Shown here: one piece after another, positions 38,011 through 51,274 of the stretch
Numbering within the stretch: position 1 is the stretch's first letter
Layout: every line of letters begins with the position of its first letter
NCBI GenBank assembly: GCA_965153455.1
Contig: OZ234493.1
Location: 35,144,213-35,208,212 of the forward strand
Origin: Sphagnum compactum
Taxonomy: Eukaryota
Direction of reading: 5' to 3'
Length of the DNA: 64,000 nucleotides
The notes under the pieces: generated by a model
Told to the model about the DNA's origin: nothing
Database searches by the model: none
What the model saw: only the letters and a program-made list of their open reading frames with translations
Program-made: the position numbers and the translations under genes

Positions 38011-41000
38011 ACTATAAGGAGGAGGGTGGTGCCTCTTTTCAAAGTGTGAGTTGTGATGATTTTTGTGAATTAAAAATTTAACCCATGGTTTGTCTGTGCA
38101 CCATTTTGATTCCAAAATGTACTAAAAGTCTTTTTTTGTGTGTAGTTTGACATGTTTGTGAGCTCAATTGAAGAATTCATCCCATTTTAATCCCAAAGCT
38201 CCCACATTTTCTTTCTTATTGGGAGAGCTTACAAAGTGTGCTTTGGGTTTGTATTTTGTTACAACATCAATAATTGTGATTTTGTTTTCTCCCATCAATA
38301 CCATTTGAAAAGCTAAAGGTGCATGTCATTTATAATGATTTCAAAATCATTCAATTTGGACAAGGGTGATCCTTTAAATGTTACTTTGGACATTTGAAAA
38401 ACTCAAGGAATCCCAAATTTCAATTCAATACTTAATGTTGGGAGTTCTACAAATGTTTCCATTGTATCTCCACATGCCTTTCATTGGGTGAGTGATAATG
38501 TAATTCTCACCCTTTTGGCAAGTTTCAAACTTGAATTCAACCTACCTCCTTATTTTGCTTCCAAGTTTGGTTGAGAACCATGGTTAGGGTTAAGATCATT
38601 GTTATTAAACATTTTATGAAATGTTATAACAATTTGGTACATGTATGTATATAAGGGAATGCATTTATCTTTTAGTAAGATATTGATATGAATATATTAT
38701 CAAACAGAAAGTGTGAATTCATAAGTAATAATATTATTCATCTAGTTTGACAATGGAATTGTGTACCATTGAAATATTTATGTAGCTAGGTATGCATATG
38801 TAAATAATTACATTCATTACCTTGAGGTCTGGTTGTCTCATAAATGAAAAAATAACCATATATAAAATATCACATCAATACAATGTTTTTTCAAAACTTT
38901 CATACATTAAAAATAAAAGAGTTGCAAATAATTGATTTTGGGGGTTTTTTTATTATAAGGGAAATTTCAAACTTTTTTGGAAAAAATGTTAGATTTTATC
39001 ATTAAGTACGTAGTAAAAATAAATAAGGATGTCTGAATTGTTATAGATGTCACCATTTTTGGCTAAATATTGTTAATGAGGATTACCATTAGGTTAAATT
39101 ATAAAATTTTAATAAATAAATAATGAAATCAACTATGAATCTCCAATTGCATGCATGTTTTCCTCATTTCGTGTATTAAGATTTCATAAGTTCAAAACTT
39201 TGTATTATGGAGTTTGTTGGGTACAATATGTTGTTGATGCACATGAAAGCTTGTGCAAGCCCAAATTTTTAAATAGGCAACAAAACAAGCATAATGGTTA
39301 TACCTAACACATTCTGTTACCTAATGGTTTTCATATGGATTTACATATTGGTCTTATGGATTTGCACAATGGTCACATGAAGTTTTTAGAATGGTCTTAT
39401 AAATAATAGTTATTGGCACCCACCAAAGTGAAATTATATGTAAACCTTGCAAGGCCCTTTTATTTTGTGTGTGAAGGAGCTAAAAAAAGGTTGAAAAAGG
39501 CCATAGGAAAGCCATTGCATTCTATAATTCATCCCTAGAAAATGCATGGGCAACTTGAAGAATACTTCTTCATGTAAGTCAAGGCACTTGGGCTTGAAAG
39601 CTTAAGGTACCCAAACTTAAAATGGATAGTGCCTACTCTTGGACACCTAGTTTTATGCATATGTCAATTGGTCACAAGTTTTTAAAAGGGCAACTATTAA
39701 AAGCAGCCAATCAAGGGTGAATCCTAGGCACAATTTTATTTATATTTGAGCCTATTTAAATATTTTAATAATGTCCATTAAGGAAAAGCTCAATTTCTTA
39801 TGCAAGATATATTCAATCAACTTGATGGTATATATGGGATGGAATGACAACTATTTAATGTTAGCATAATCGTACAACATCCAACACTTAGCACCAACAA
39901 ATGAGCCAAATAATCCTTATGAAAAAATGTGTATTAACAAAATTTGAATGAAAGATGTGAATGGTGGTGAAGATCACAAATCAACTTTGGCTTAGTAAGT
40001 GACACACAAGTAATGACAATGTGCCCATATATTAAGTGTAGCTCCATATGCTTTTAGAACTACACATGATTTACATGACAATTATGTGTCATTAAGATGC
40101 ATACTTGATTTGGTGAAACATTTTGAGAAAGCTCCATATAATTTGATTGCTTTCCAACATGACATAACTACTTCAAGAGGCAGTTAAGACATTGATGATG
40201 AGGAAAGTTTTAATCCATTAGATTATAGACGGGAACGATTTGAATGCATGTAGGGTGTTGAATCGATTCCATTACTCAATTTTGATGATCCTATGCCACT
40301 CATAGATTTGCCACTTGGATTGAAGAGGTTGAATATTCAACAAGAGGGGCTAGGTGTGCTATGATCAAACCAACATAATTTTTGGTCAAATGTGAATGTT
40401 GGTTAAATAAAATATTAAAATTCAACATCCAGATCATGTGGGCCAAATAGGCAAGGAGGGGTTGATGTTTTTTTGGCAATTAGGCATCCCAAACAATCAC
40501 TAGGCAAACCTTGTGCCAAGAAGATAGAGATGCATTGCACATCTCTTTGATCGAACCACAATGGGTTTATAGAGGCATTGTGAACTCAATGCTAGTGGAG
40601 TGAATCAAAATACCTTAAAGTAATTGAATAGTGGAGTGGATCAAAATATGTTAAAATCATTGAAAGAATGTCTCAACATTCCTCATGAGCCAATGGTGGA
40701 AAAAATGTTCGTTAGTGCAAGATCCCATTGATCATTCTCAATTTACAAGTGAGTCAATTTACAAGTAGCACTAACCTACTTTGAAGTAGAGCGATTGGTA
40801 GCACATTTTGAACCTTGTGGGTGCACAATTTGATTGATTGTGTGTTTGCTCACTTGACAAATTTTGTCACTAGAAGAAACCATGGAGTGACCATTTTGAG
40901 ATGAGCAACTGCTAGTTTATTTTTGTCCTCTGATGCTCAAGAAAAGTCATGGCAGCTCAAGAGGTGATGGTGAGTTAGCATGGGAGGGCTCATGATATCA

Positions 41001-42692
41001 ATAGCAACCCATGCCATGAACTTTGAAAAGTCTGCAATTAATTGAAGGATGTTTAAAAAATGATGATTCCACTTCAAATGTGGGACACATTCATTCTGAT
41101 TTCTGTGCTCTGTGTGCAAACTGTTCATTTCAGGTTTGTCTGCCTTAAGGGGAATGGCAAAGGGGAAGGGCACAAGCAGCACACTGAACTCCATTGCAAG
41201 CAAAAAGAAGCTCATGTGTTTCAATGTATGGTGTAATAAAACCACCCAACTTGCAATCCTTATTGCATGAGAACATAACAATACTACTGGAAGAAATGGG
41301 AAAAGCTCGTTAAAGAAGGTTATTTGTCAACTCCCTCTTAGCTTTAGGCTGAGCCAATATAGTCTTTTGTGATGTGAATTAGGGTTTGCTTTTTTCTTCC
41401 AACTCTGACCTTCCTTGACTTCTTTTGTCTCTTTTGCTTCTTCTTTCTTTCTTTCTTTCTTGCTAGATGTCACAAAAAGCCGGGATCAAGGGGATCATGT
41501 TTTTTCTATAAAGTTTAAGAGAGAGAGAGAGAGGAAGGGAGGGAGGGAGGGAGAGAGACAGAGAAAGAAAGGGGATTGATTGCAAACAAAAAGGAGCCAC
41601 AACTTTATTGGGGAGGAAATCCATGTCTGCCAATCCTATGGATTTTTGCTCAAATCTTCACACAAAATTTGAATGGTGAGCTCTTGGAATAGGCCCACCC
41701 TCTCTCCATTTAACTTCATGTCCTCTCTTTTTTTCACGTGACTAAAAGGTCAGGCTTATTATAGATTGCTTTGCCACATTGGCTTTGGCATGCATGCATT
41801 TCCCCATTTTGCAAACTCCTTTGTTCTCTAAGGGTCAGGTTAATATTAATATTAATATTAGTAAATTAATTAATTTCAAAAAAAAATAAAAAAATATTTT
41901 AATTTTTTTAGAAATTCAAATTTTAATTTTAATAAATTTATTTAATAAATTTTAAATAATTATCGTAAAAATCTGATGATATTTGGATTATTTTTTCTTT
42001 GAATTTTCTTTGAAAATCTGGCGAATCTGGGTCTTTTTTCCTTGAAAAATCCTTTTTTTAAAAGGTGGAAATCATATTTTTCAGGTTGACATTTGGTGAC
42101 ATTTTGCCAAAAAAAAGAGAAAAAAGAACTGCTTTTTTATTAGGGAACAGGTCCCCTGGCAAAACTAGACTAGAGGTGCCTCCTCTTGGTGACATTTCTT
42201 TTGTCCTTCAAAAGCCATTAAACTTTTACTGGAACTAGAAATATTTTCTGCCCAGAGTCTAATGACATTTTGCCAATTTATATGCCATTCATTACAATGC
42301 TCAAAAGAAAAACCAGAAAATTTTCAAAGTTTAGTAACTCTTTGCACCATAAATTTCAAATGAGGGATGCTGAACATAGTTTCAAGCAAAAGCTTCCTTT
42401 GGGCACCATGATTCCAAACCTAAGTGTTTTTGAGAGGAGAAATGATCTTGGCACTATGGTGCCATGGTGGTCTTAAAGATGGGTGCAGCTGCTATTTTAT
42501 CAGAATTTACAAAGTAAGTTATATTCTATGGGATCCAAAGCATTATAATGTGAAGTAGAAGCCCCCTAAAAGTGCCCAACTTCCTGATAGAAGGCCTAAC
42601 GAAGCTGTGCACCTGCTATAGAAGAGTGTAATAAATATGATCTGACTGCTGCTCCCTGTGTTTAATTGGCCGTGCATAGTTGGTCCAGATGG

Positions 42693-42900
42693 TTTGCTAT
42701 TAGTAGTCTCCCACCTATTTACAGTTTCGGTCTTATGGGTGGGGTTGCAAAAAAGGAAATAACTAAACTTGGATGTGAGAAATATTTTTGCAGGGTCTTT
42801 GCTATTACTAGTCTCCCACCTATTTACAGTTTCAGTTTTATGGGTGGGGTTGCAAAAAAGGAAATAACTAAACTTGGATGTGAGAAATATTTTTGCAGGG
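42693..42900. repeat. Recent 105-bp tandem duplication
   Basis: TTTGCTATTA(G/C)TAGTCTCCCACC...GAAATATTTTTGCAGGG at 42693 and 42798, with only ~3 mismatches. Confidence 0.92.
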
Positions 42901-44618
42901 CCACCACATACTGAGCACTGCTAGGGATGATGCTATAAGACCATATGTTTCAGCGATGCTTTCTCAAGTGTATCCTAGAAAGGATTAACCTTAAATTTTG
43001 AATCCTAAACCTAGGATGTCGTGAATAGTAGTGGGGAACTTTAAGTTCTCACTTAGAAAAAATGATTAGTTAGTCTAAGTTAAGTGCTAATGTAGTCTTA
43101 AGTAAAATATATATGCTTTTTCTAATACTTTGTCATTAAAATAAGCATTATTGTCTTGTTGCCACGACTCAAAACTTTAGACATGCACGCACACCAAAAG
43201 AGCATGCCAATGCTAAGCCACCACTCTTGACTTTGGCAAAAGTGTAAGGAAGTACACGCGCTTGCCTTGGTTTACTTAAACTTCTAAATGACAACTTTTT
43301 TTGAACCCATCTTATGTTGATGAGGAAGTATGTAAGGTTTGCGATTTTTAATTTTTGATTAAAAGAACAGATTTGTCAATTAAGCAAATTTCATCTTGCA
43401 TACTCAAGATTCAGCTCTCAATAATTAAAGTGGTTGGCAAAATTAGAAGTTAATGTTCCATTAATTTGATAGTCATAGCTTGCAAAGCTGTGTGAAAAAA
43501 AAAGGATATACCCTTGGAATCCTTGAAGCACTCAAGGATGTTGGGTTGTTTCGTCACTTGTTTTGAGATCATGATTTCGTTCCCAAAACCCAAAACCCTA
43601 AATCTTGATATTGTTGGCATCATGTGTTTCCAACATTAACAATATATGAACACCTATTCCAGCTTTGTGAACATGATGGAACAAATGTATGAGAGGAGGT
43701 CTTGGGGATGCATTACTTAAAAGCTTTAGAATTTGTACATAATAAAGCTTCAAAACTAGGATGCAATGGAAACTCATCCCCTTCTTTCCAAACCTTGAAG
43801 GAAAAGTATCTCCTGAGTTTTAGTTTTTAAAAATTTATTTTACTTTCACATCAATGTTCTATTCTCACATTTTTGTTCATGAATGACCCATGTTTGTGCC
43901 CAAAGGTACAAGAGCCTAAAACGAACAACAACATGCATTTGGTAAGCTCTAGGTGTCAACCTTTCAACTTGCAAAGTGGGCAAGATTAATACTATGTTGT
44001 TTCAAACTTGCAAAGAATGGAAATCTATTTTCCATAAGTAATGATTTCCTCCCAAAGAAAAAATTTATTTTGGAAAATTCAAAGTTCACAATGATTTTTA
44101 TTTTCTTTGGGTCTGAAAGGCTCAAACTTTTGGGGAATAAAAAACAAAAAAGAGGGCTAAAAATCGCAAAGTTATTTGTGTCATGCTAATGGCCAAATTT
44201 TCAAATGACCACATTTTCTTTATTGGGTTAGTATACAATAGAGAAAGATATTTTGTAAGCATCCATCCGTTGATCGAATACAATAAGACTAGAACAAATG
44301 AAGCCTTTTTCTTTTTAAAAAGGTGAAAGCGAAGTAAAAGTGGGGTAGGGGGAGAGAGAGGAACTTGAAGATTTTTTTTGGATTTGAGGGTTTTGTTTTC
44401 CCAAACGATCTCGATAGTGAACATGATGGTGTTCCCAATTTTATGGTGTTCCCAATGATGGAGAACATCAGTGGCGGTTAAGCATTTGTGTTTGTGTTCG
44501 CATTCCCTTGTAAGAGATGCCAATGTACATTATTAGGGTTCACCAAGAGCGTGTAAATAATTGGCCAGAGAACAAGCACCTACACTCGGACCTTCACCTT
44601 CTTGAGTAAGGCCTCTTA

Positions 44619-44831
44619 TGGAGAATTCACACTTGATGTTAAGTCGGTGTTAAATGAAAATCTAGGTGGATCCTAGGTGGCACCCGATATTAAATGGGCC
44701 ATAGCTCAATGTTAAGTGAATGTTTAGCTTAACATAAAATTTTCATGGCAACTAGGTTTAAGTCCTAAATGGCTAGCATGGTGGTAGGGGACTCGACCTT
44801 AGAATCCTTAACACCAAGTGTGAATGCACAT
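44619..44831. mobile_element. Tourist-like (PIF/Harbinger) MITE, 213 bp
   Basis: TIR ATTCACACTTG(A/G)TGTTAAG at both ends, with TTA on both flanks (44616-44618 and 44832-44834). Confidence 0.75.
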
Positions 44832-44865
44832 TTAGAGGATATATTAAACCTGGGAAATATTAAAT

Positions 44866-45192
44866 TTGGACTTGGAGATTGTTTGGAGCTACGATATGGA
44901 AGCTATTGAATATTGAACAATTTTCTCAATGAAAATTACAGAAAAATCAAAACTGAAAAATGTATTGGAATTGGGGGGGTGTTCTTGGTGTTGTTGGAAA
45001 GCCCTCGACAAATAAGATTTAATAGAGCTTATTTCATAATTTCCAGACCTAAGGTGTGGAAGATATTGATTTTTCAGTGGATTTTGTTGCTGGAAACTCA
45101 AAAGAAATTTGAAAATTTGGGTTTGGAAGGAAAAATCAGTTGAGAGCCGTCAATGTGTTCACACTGGGTCCAACGGCACAAGGTTACACTAG
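44866..45192 (+). mobile_element. 5'-truncated non-autonomous Helitron-like repeat (family 3)
   Basis: Ends GTTCACACTGGGTCCAACGGCACAAGGTTACA-CTAG|T. It aligns by eye with 54900-55195 and 55370-55664 (TATTGAATATTGAAC, AGACCTAAG, GATATTGA(A/T)TTTT, GTTCACAC). Confidence 0.5.
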
Positions 45193-46030
45193 TTTACATA
45201 GAGTTTAGAAGCAACTCAACAAGGGGTGTGTCACACCATGGCCTTGCCATTTACATTAAAAAGTATCTTAAGGCCAAAAAAAAAAAGAATTACGGAAATT
45301 CAAATATATTCCACCATGCAAAAAAATAATTTTCAAAAAAATCCTCTAAAGAAACCAAAATCCTTCAAGAAAATATCATAACTCTATAACTAATTTTCAA
45401 GTTTCAACACAAGCCAAAATATCCTCATTCAAAAATCCTCATATAATAAAAATAGACCTATTATTATTATTACCTAGGGGCCTATAAAAATCCCTTAAGC
45501 TACTATACTCTATAATGAATCTAAACACACTATCCTTGCCTTGGTAGGCAAAGGCCAACAAACTTTGGGGTATTATTTATGTGTTTTACCATGATAGTAC
45601 CAGTGTAGGTGCCGGTTCACCTAAGGCTAAGTTATCCAACTTGCTACTACTAATTTATCCACCATGAAGGGCTTCCTTTTGGCCTTAGCCTAGTTTTAAA
45701 ATTCTATAGCCAATAAAATAATAATAAGACAGGTTTTGCCATACCATAGCCTCTCAAAAAAAAAGAGAGAAGGCATCAAAGGGACTTTTGGAGCATTTTT
45801 TTAAGTTAGTTGCATAAGAATATAAGTATCTAGGATTTTTGCTTTGCATGTTGTATATATATCTTTCCAACCCCAGTCAGCAGTGGCCATTGAAATGAAG
45901 GGGGGGCCCAGCCCAGGACCTTTCCCTTTTTTGTCCATACCTTGATTTGTTTTGGAGTGTCCTTTTTGGTGTGTCTAATAATTCCACTACTTTTTGAAGT
46001 CTTTTTTCCCTTAGTTGGGACATATGTTGG

Positions 46031-46101
46031 TTCCACTTTGGGTTCTGAAAGTTCCACTTTGGGGTCTCCAAGTTCCACTTTGGGTTCTGAAAGTTCCACT
46101 T
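46031..46101. repeat. 21-bp tandem repeat, ~3.4 copies
   Basis: TTCCACTT(T/G)GGG(T/G)TCT(GA/CC)AAG repeated. Confidence 0.85.
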
Positions 46102-47106
46102 GTGTTTGTGAATAGCCTAGATGATGGGGGAATGGGCGGGCCATTATGCTCTGGAACAGGCCATGTCACCTAACGGAATGGGGCCTCACCCTACTGGGCT
46201 TGACACATTCCTATGAATTAGGCCCATTCTAATACCCTACTGGACGATGCATTCCTACATAACAGGCACATTCTATAGTAACTTAAAGTTAAGTGGGGTT
46301 ATTACGCCCCTTTTTTCAGCCTTCAAGTTTAATATGACCTAATTGGCTTGGTTTGCCTTGCCTACTATGCAGGCAGTCATTTTCCGCTGCACTCATTCCA
46401 CACTCCCCAGACCTTTTCCGTGCTCCCCACTGCATTCCAAACAGCGGGAAGCACCTACCTGCCTTTTTACGCCAGAGAGCGAGTCGTTGAAGGCAGATTC
46501 CGGTTCCCCGCGTGTCTAGAGGCGAGGCCAGTGAGTTGCGGCTGGAAATTGGAATCCACCTTGAGCAGCTTGCTCTCTCTAGCATTGTTATCTTTTCAAT
46601 CTTCCTTGCCTGCGCGGAATTAGCAGTGCCCACTGAATTCCATAAAAAAGTGTCCATTTTATGCATAAGGTAATGCCTTCCAATACATTACAAACTTTCT
46701 TCAAGTGCTTTGTGTGTGTAAATTATACAAATAAAAACAAAATAAAATATTGATAATACTCTATGTTACGCAACATAAAAGTCTGTTCCGGTTGATTCCA
46801 CAGGTTTCGTGTAGTACCGGGGCTTATGGGTCCCATTATTTTACAGGCAGGATGCTAAACACTCCCTTTACGAACTTTGCAGGTGTCAGTGTGCGGTCCT
46901 ATGTGAAACCCCATATGGTTCCAATTTTCCAGTACTTCGTAAGCAATGGCCATTCTGGTAGGACCCTGGAATCTCCCCCTTCCCATGAGCACTATTGTTA
47001 TGGATATGTGCAAAACTGACAATGCCCAATTTTATTACCAAAAAGAGGAAAAAAGAAGAAGGGGGGAGGGGTTCCGAACTCTGTAAGCCACATAAAAGAT
47101 TTGACC

Positions 47107-47548
47107 CACGTGACACAGGGCTCCCCCTCCACGGCCACCACCAGGCCACAACTGATTTCCCGGGCAGCGGGCAGGGGTACTGAATCAATCACGCTTGCAG
47201 CGTGACTGAGAGAGAGTAATAAGTAACTGCTGTGAAATCGCCCAAAAGTGCAGCCTTTTGGTAAAATTTCCAGGTGCCAATTAAAAACTGACTAGCGGCT
47301 TTTCCTTTTGGTAAAATTTCCAGGTCCCAATTAAAACTGACTACGGCTCTTCCTTTTGGTAATTTTCCAGGTCCCAAGATAAAACTGCGACCTTCTTTCC
47401 TTTTGGTAAATTTCCAGGTCTCCATTAAAACTGCAGCTGTTTCATTTCCGTAAATTTCCAGGTCCCAAACTGCGGCTTTTTCTGTGCAGAGTCATTATTA
47501 GGTAGAGGGAAAGATACGGGTACCCGGGGGTGATGAACTAACCACGTG
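47107..47548. promoter_or_regulatory. Two G-boxes upstream of the CDF-type Dof gene
   Basis: CACGTG at 47107-47112 and 47543-47548, in a GC-rich region upstream of a (CT)n tract at 47949-47981. Confidence 0.4.
47254..47480. repeat. ~49-bp tandem repeat, 5 copies, in the Dof gene promoter region
   Basis: CCTTTTGGTAAAATTTCCAGGTCCCAATTAAAACTG consensus at ~47254, 47304, 47352, 47399 and 47445. Confidence 0.88.
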
Positions 47549-47946
47549 TCGGGATCCGGAACGTCGACTGACATCCGAATCGACGGATTACTACCACACA
47601 ACGGACTCCAGAATCCAGGTGCCAAAAGCGCTGCCTGACCGACCTTCCCTCCCTCCCTCCCTCTCCGGAACGCTTTCGGATTTAACTTCCCCTTTTCGCC
47701 GTAGCGCGTGGATAGGTCCAAAGGCTGACCTGCTCGTGGGCGGTTCCACGCGTCCGCGTTTGAATCGTTAGTCCCTGCGCAAAGCAGGTCTCGTGGTAGC
47801 AGGTTTGCGTGCGTGGCGATTTGTGGTCGTCTCTCTCCTTTCTTCTTGCTCTTCGTCGTCGTTTGTTTGTTTGTTGCTCTCTTGTGTATGTTGTGTTGCC
47901 TGAGCGCTTTTTCTCTGCCCGCCGCCCGCCCACCCGCTCGCTCGCC

Positions 47947-47985
<39 letters not shown>

Positions 47986-48747
47986 GGCGATGTCGCGCAC
48001 AACAAGAGCATTGCAATTCTCCCTGCTATACGCCGCAATGTGTCCGCTTGGCGTTTCTCCCGGTGTTAGTACACTTGCTTTCCTTCAAATTGCTTGAATA
48101 ATTTCGGTATTTTTCGCTTCTTTTCGAGCTTTCAATTTCCACGATTTGTTCTTCTTCTTTGGAGTTGCGTCGTCGTCGTCGTCGTCGGTACGCTGTGGAG
48201 TTTGTCTTCCCCTTTCTTTCTTTCTTTCTTTCTTTGTCGGGGGTGAAGAATCTCGAGAGTGGAATATGCACGAAGCATTGACTTCAGCTCTGGACGACGT
48301 TATCGGAATCGTCGTGTCCTTGCGCTGAGAGGCCGCGGAAGTATTGGTATTATTGCTACTTTCGTTGCAGAAACGGAGCGGAATCGCCGTGTACCTCATT
48401 CTTGTTGTTGCTGTTCGTTGCATTGTTGGTGACGATTTCGACACAGGCGAACGGACCACGTTTTGTTTCTTTGGGGTTCGCCTCTTCTTACATCGGTGTT
48501 TCTTTACGGCGATGATGTATTGATCATCCATTTGTTGCGAGGGCATAATATCGGCGGCGGCTCCTTATATCTCTTGCCAAGTAAAACTGGAGAGCCTTAG
48601 AAGCGATCGTGTTTTCTCTCCAAGTACTAACTTGTTGTGCAACTTGGATTTTCAAAGAGTTTGAAGGACTTGCAGAAGAAATCCAATCTTGATGTGCGTA
48701 CGCCGTGCCGCCGCCGTCGTCTCACAAGCAAGCACTCTTCCACTTTG

Positions 48748-51274
48748 ATGTCGAAGCTTAGAAAGTGGCTAATGAAGGAGGAACGATCACCAGGAACTCC
48801 TGTGAATGTACTAGACCCTGCCATCAAGCTTTTCGGTACTACCATTGGAGTTACCGGAGGAGGAGTCAGTAGTAGTGCGGATGCTGTTGATGCCGGCGAA
48901 GTGATCACGGGCAGAAGTCCTACGATCTCTCGGCAGGAATCTCCACAGTGCAGTCAGGTTGGTTGTCTCTCCTTCCCTCCCTCTCCGCTGTCTTTGGTTT
49001 CGTTTTGCTCCGTTTCCCCTGTTGTTGCCACTGACAAGCGATGCGAGATCCATACCCCATAATGGCGCATATGTACATACATCGTCATGTTCCGCGGAGA
49101 TCGTAATTCCGTAATTCTTGTTTGGAATGGGGAACGAGTTCCGAGATGCCTAGAGATCAGAAGAGAGGGAAAATGAATCTCAAAGAATTTTTTTGTCATT
49201 CTGTGCTTTGTGCAGGAAAGCAGGGATGCAGGGGGGGAGGCAGAGGATGCAGCAGAAGAGGCAGGAGAGGAAGAAGAAATGGTGCAAAATAATACGCAGG
49301 ATCATTGTACATCGGCAGGATCCAAAGCAGCGGATGAACTTGGGAGCTCATTAGGTAACAATAGAGCAGCATCAGAGGAGGAGAAGTCATTGAAGTCTGG
49401 CAAACGGGACAGTGATTCAACAGTGACGGCAGTCACAGGAACTGAAACCGTAGCTCTTGCAGCTGAGGAGATCAGTGAAGGGATCAGCATGGAGCTCAAG
49501 GAGGAAGGCTCAGGTCAAGAAATTGTGCCCCAAGGGAAGAGTCCTCTGAAGAAGCCGGATAAGCTAGCCCCATGTCCACGATGTGAGAGCGTGGATACAA
49601 AGTTTTGCTACTACAACAACTACAATGTCAATCAGCCTCGCCACTTTTGCAAAAACTGCCAGAGGTACTGGACGGCTGGAGGCACACTACGGAATGTTCC
49701 TGTAGGAGCAGGTCGAAGGAAGAACAAACATGTAGGATTACAGGCTCGCCATGTGGCAGTAGCAGATGGGTCAGTTGTATCCATGGTGCGACCTGACTCC
49801 AGGGAGACTGCACAGCAGTTACTACCCTCCCCTGGGTCAAGAGTATCCACTGTGAACCATCCTCAGATCCCTGGCCATTCTCCTACACTTCCAGATTCTT
49901 GTTCTGGCGGTAGCAATATCACATCATTCTGTCAAGACAGTCGTCCTTCGGAAGGTGCAGTGTTTTTGAGGCATGCAACAGAGACAATGCCTCCACAGCC
50001 ATATCCTAGCAGCAATCCTTATGTTGCTTCAGGTCTGTGTTGTGTGAACCAACAAAGCCCTTGACAGTATTTGTTGTTTAAAGATGGCTTGGCAGTATGA
50101 CCTTTGCATCGAGTGTCTTCTGTTTGCAAGCATGAATGTGTTGACTTGTGTGTCCATTCCTACTTACGGGCAACTGGTTGTCTTTGATGTGTTTCCCAGA
50201 GGTGGGGTTTGTTGATTCTCTGATTTCTCAAATAGTTGGTCTTGTCTTCTTTCAGTAAGATTTTATGGTTTTTAGTGGATAGTTGCTAGAGTTTGAAACT
50301 GGTTACCCATGGACTTTTTTTTTTGGTTTCACACACAGTGAGAACTAAACAAAGCATTCGCTTGTTTGCAAACAGGTGGTGAGATCAGCCTGATGGGAGG
50401 CTTTCCGGCATCAGGTAAAGTCCACCAGAAACCAGCTGTGGATGGATCACAAAATGGTGGCACTGGTCACACTACTGAGCAACCTTCCGACGTGGATAAG
50501 AAGCAAGTTGTCAACAACTGTGCCAGTTCTCTATCAGAATCAGTTTCAACTGCTACCAAGGAAGCTGCCAGCACTGGAGGCTCCATGTTGGTATATCATC
50601 CTAATCTTCAACCTGATGTTGGAGGATTATACCCTAAACTGCCAGGTCAGGATGCTGGTGACTTGCCTGCTGGTGGCACAGGAGGTCCCTTTGGCTTCTA
50701 CAACGGGGCTTGGCCTTATGGATTTAATGTCGGGTGGAATGGGGCAGTGCCTGCTGTAAGCCCTGGGGTTGTTGGATCTGGGCAGGTATTACCAGGCAAT
50801 GGATTGGCAACCTGGAGTCCACCTCCCAATGGTGTTTGGACTGGAGCAGGAGTTATTCCATGGGCATCCCCCATACCAGGGATGCCTGGTCTTCCTTGGA
50901 TTGTACCTCCTGGCTGGGGAGGAGGTTGGACTGTGCCCATGCCATGGGCTGCAGCTGCTGCTCAGGCTGCTACCTCAACAGCCAATGGTAGTGTGCTGCC
51001 TAGTACAACAATGCCGGTGTTGGGCAAGCACTCAAGAGAAAGGCCTGAGGGCAGGAGAGTTGATGGGGCTCTCTGGGCTCCAAAGACTTTGCGGATAGAT
51101 GATCCCAAAGATGCAGCAAGAAGCTCTGTGTGGAACGCTCTTGGTATGCCAAACCCACCAGAGTCTGTACTGTCGGGGAGTAAGTTCAAAGCATTCCAAC
51201 TGAAAGCAGAGACAAAAGTGAGGGCAGAAAGTCAGCCACAACAAGTGAAGCAAAGCACTGGCCAGCAGCTGTAG
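48748..51274 (+). CDS. Dof zinc-finger transcription factor, CYCLING DOF FACTOR clade, ~641 aa; exons 48748-48957, 49216-50032, 50376-51274
   Basis: N-terminal DPAIKLFG (TOPLESS-binding motif of CDFs), Dof domain [52 protein letters not shown], and CDF C-terminal motifs LGKHSR and [21 protein letters not shown]. Alternative in-frame start at 48772. Confidence 0.93.

Noticed and set aside
38016-38031. Polypurine tract of the Gypsy element
   Set aside because: The following sequence has no matching 5' LTR in the window, so it may belong to another repeat.
41345-41365. miR171-like sequence GGCTGAGCCAATAT
   Set aside because: Only a partial match and no complementary arm nearby.
45825-46320. 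Possible solo or 3' LTR on the minus strand
   Set aside because: Only a purine tract and a GTAATAACCCC-like start; no second LTR or TSD found.
47425-48100. ORFs with ERERER / SLSLSL runs
   Set aside because: Translations of the (CT)n microsatellite in the Dof leader.
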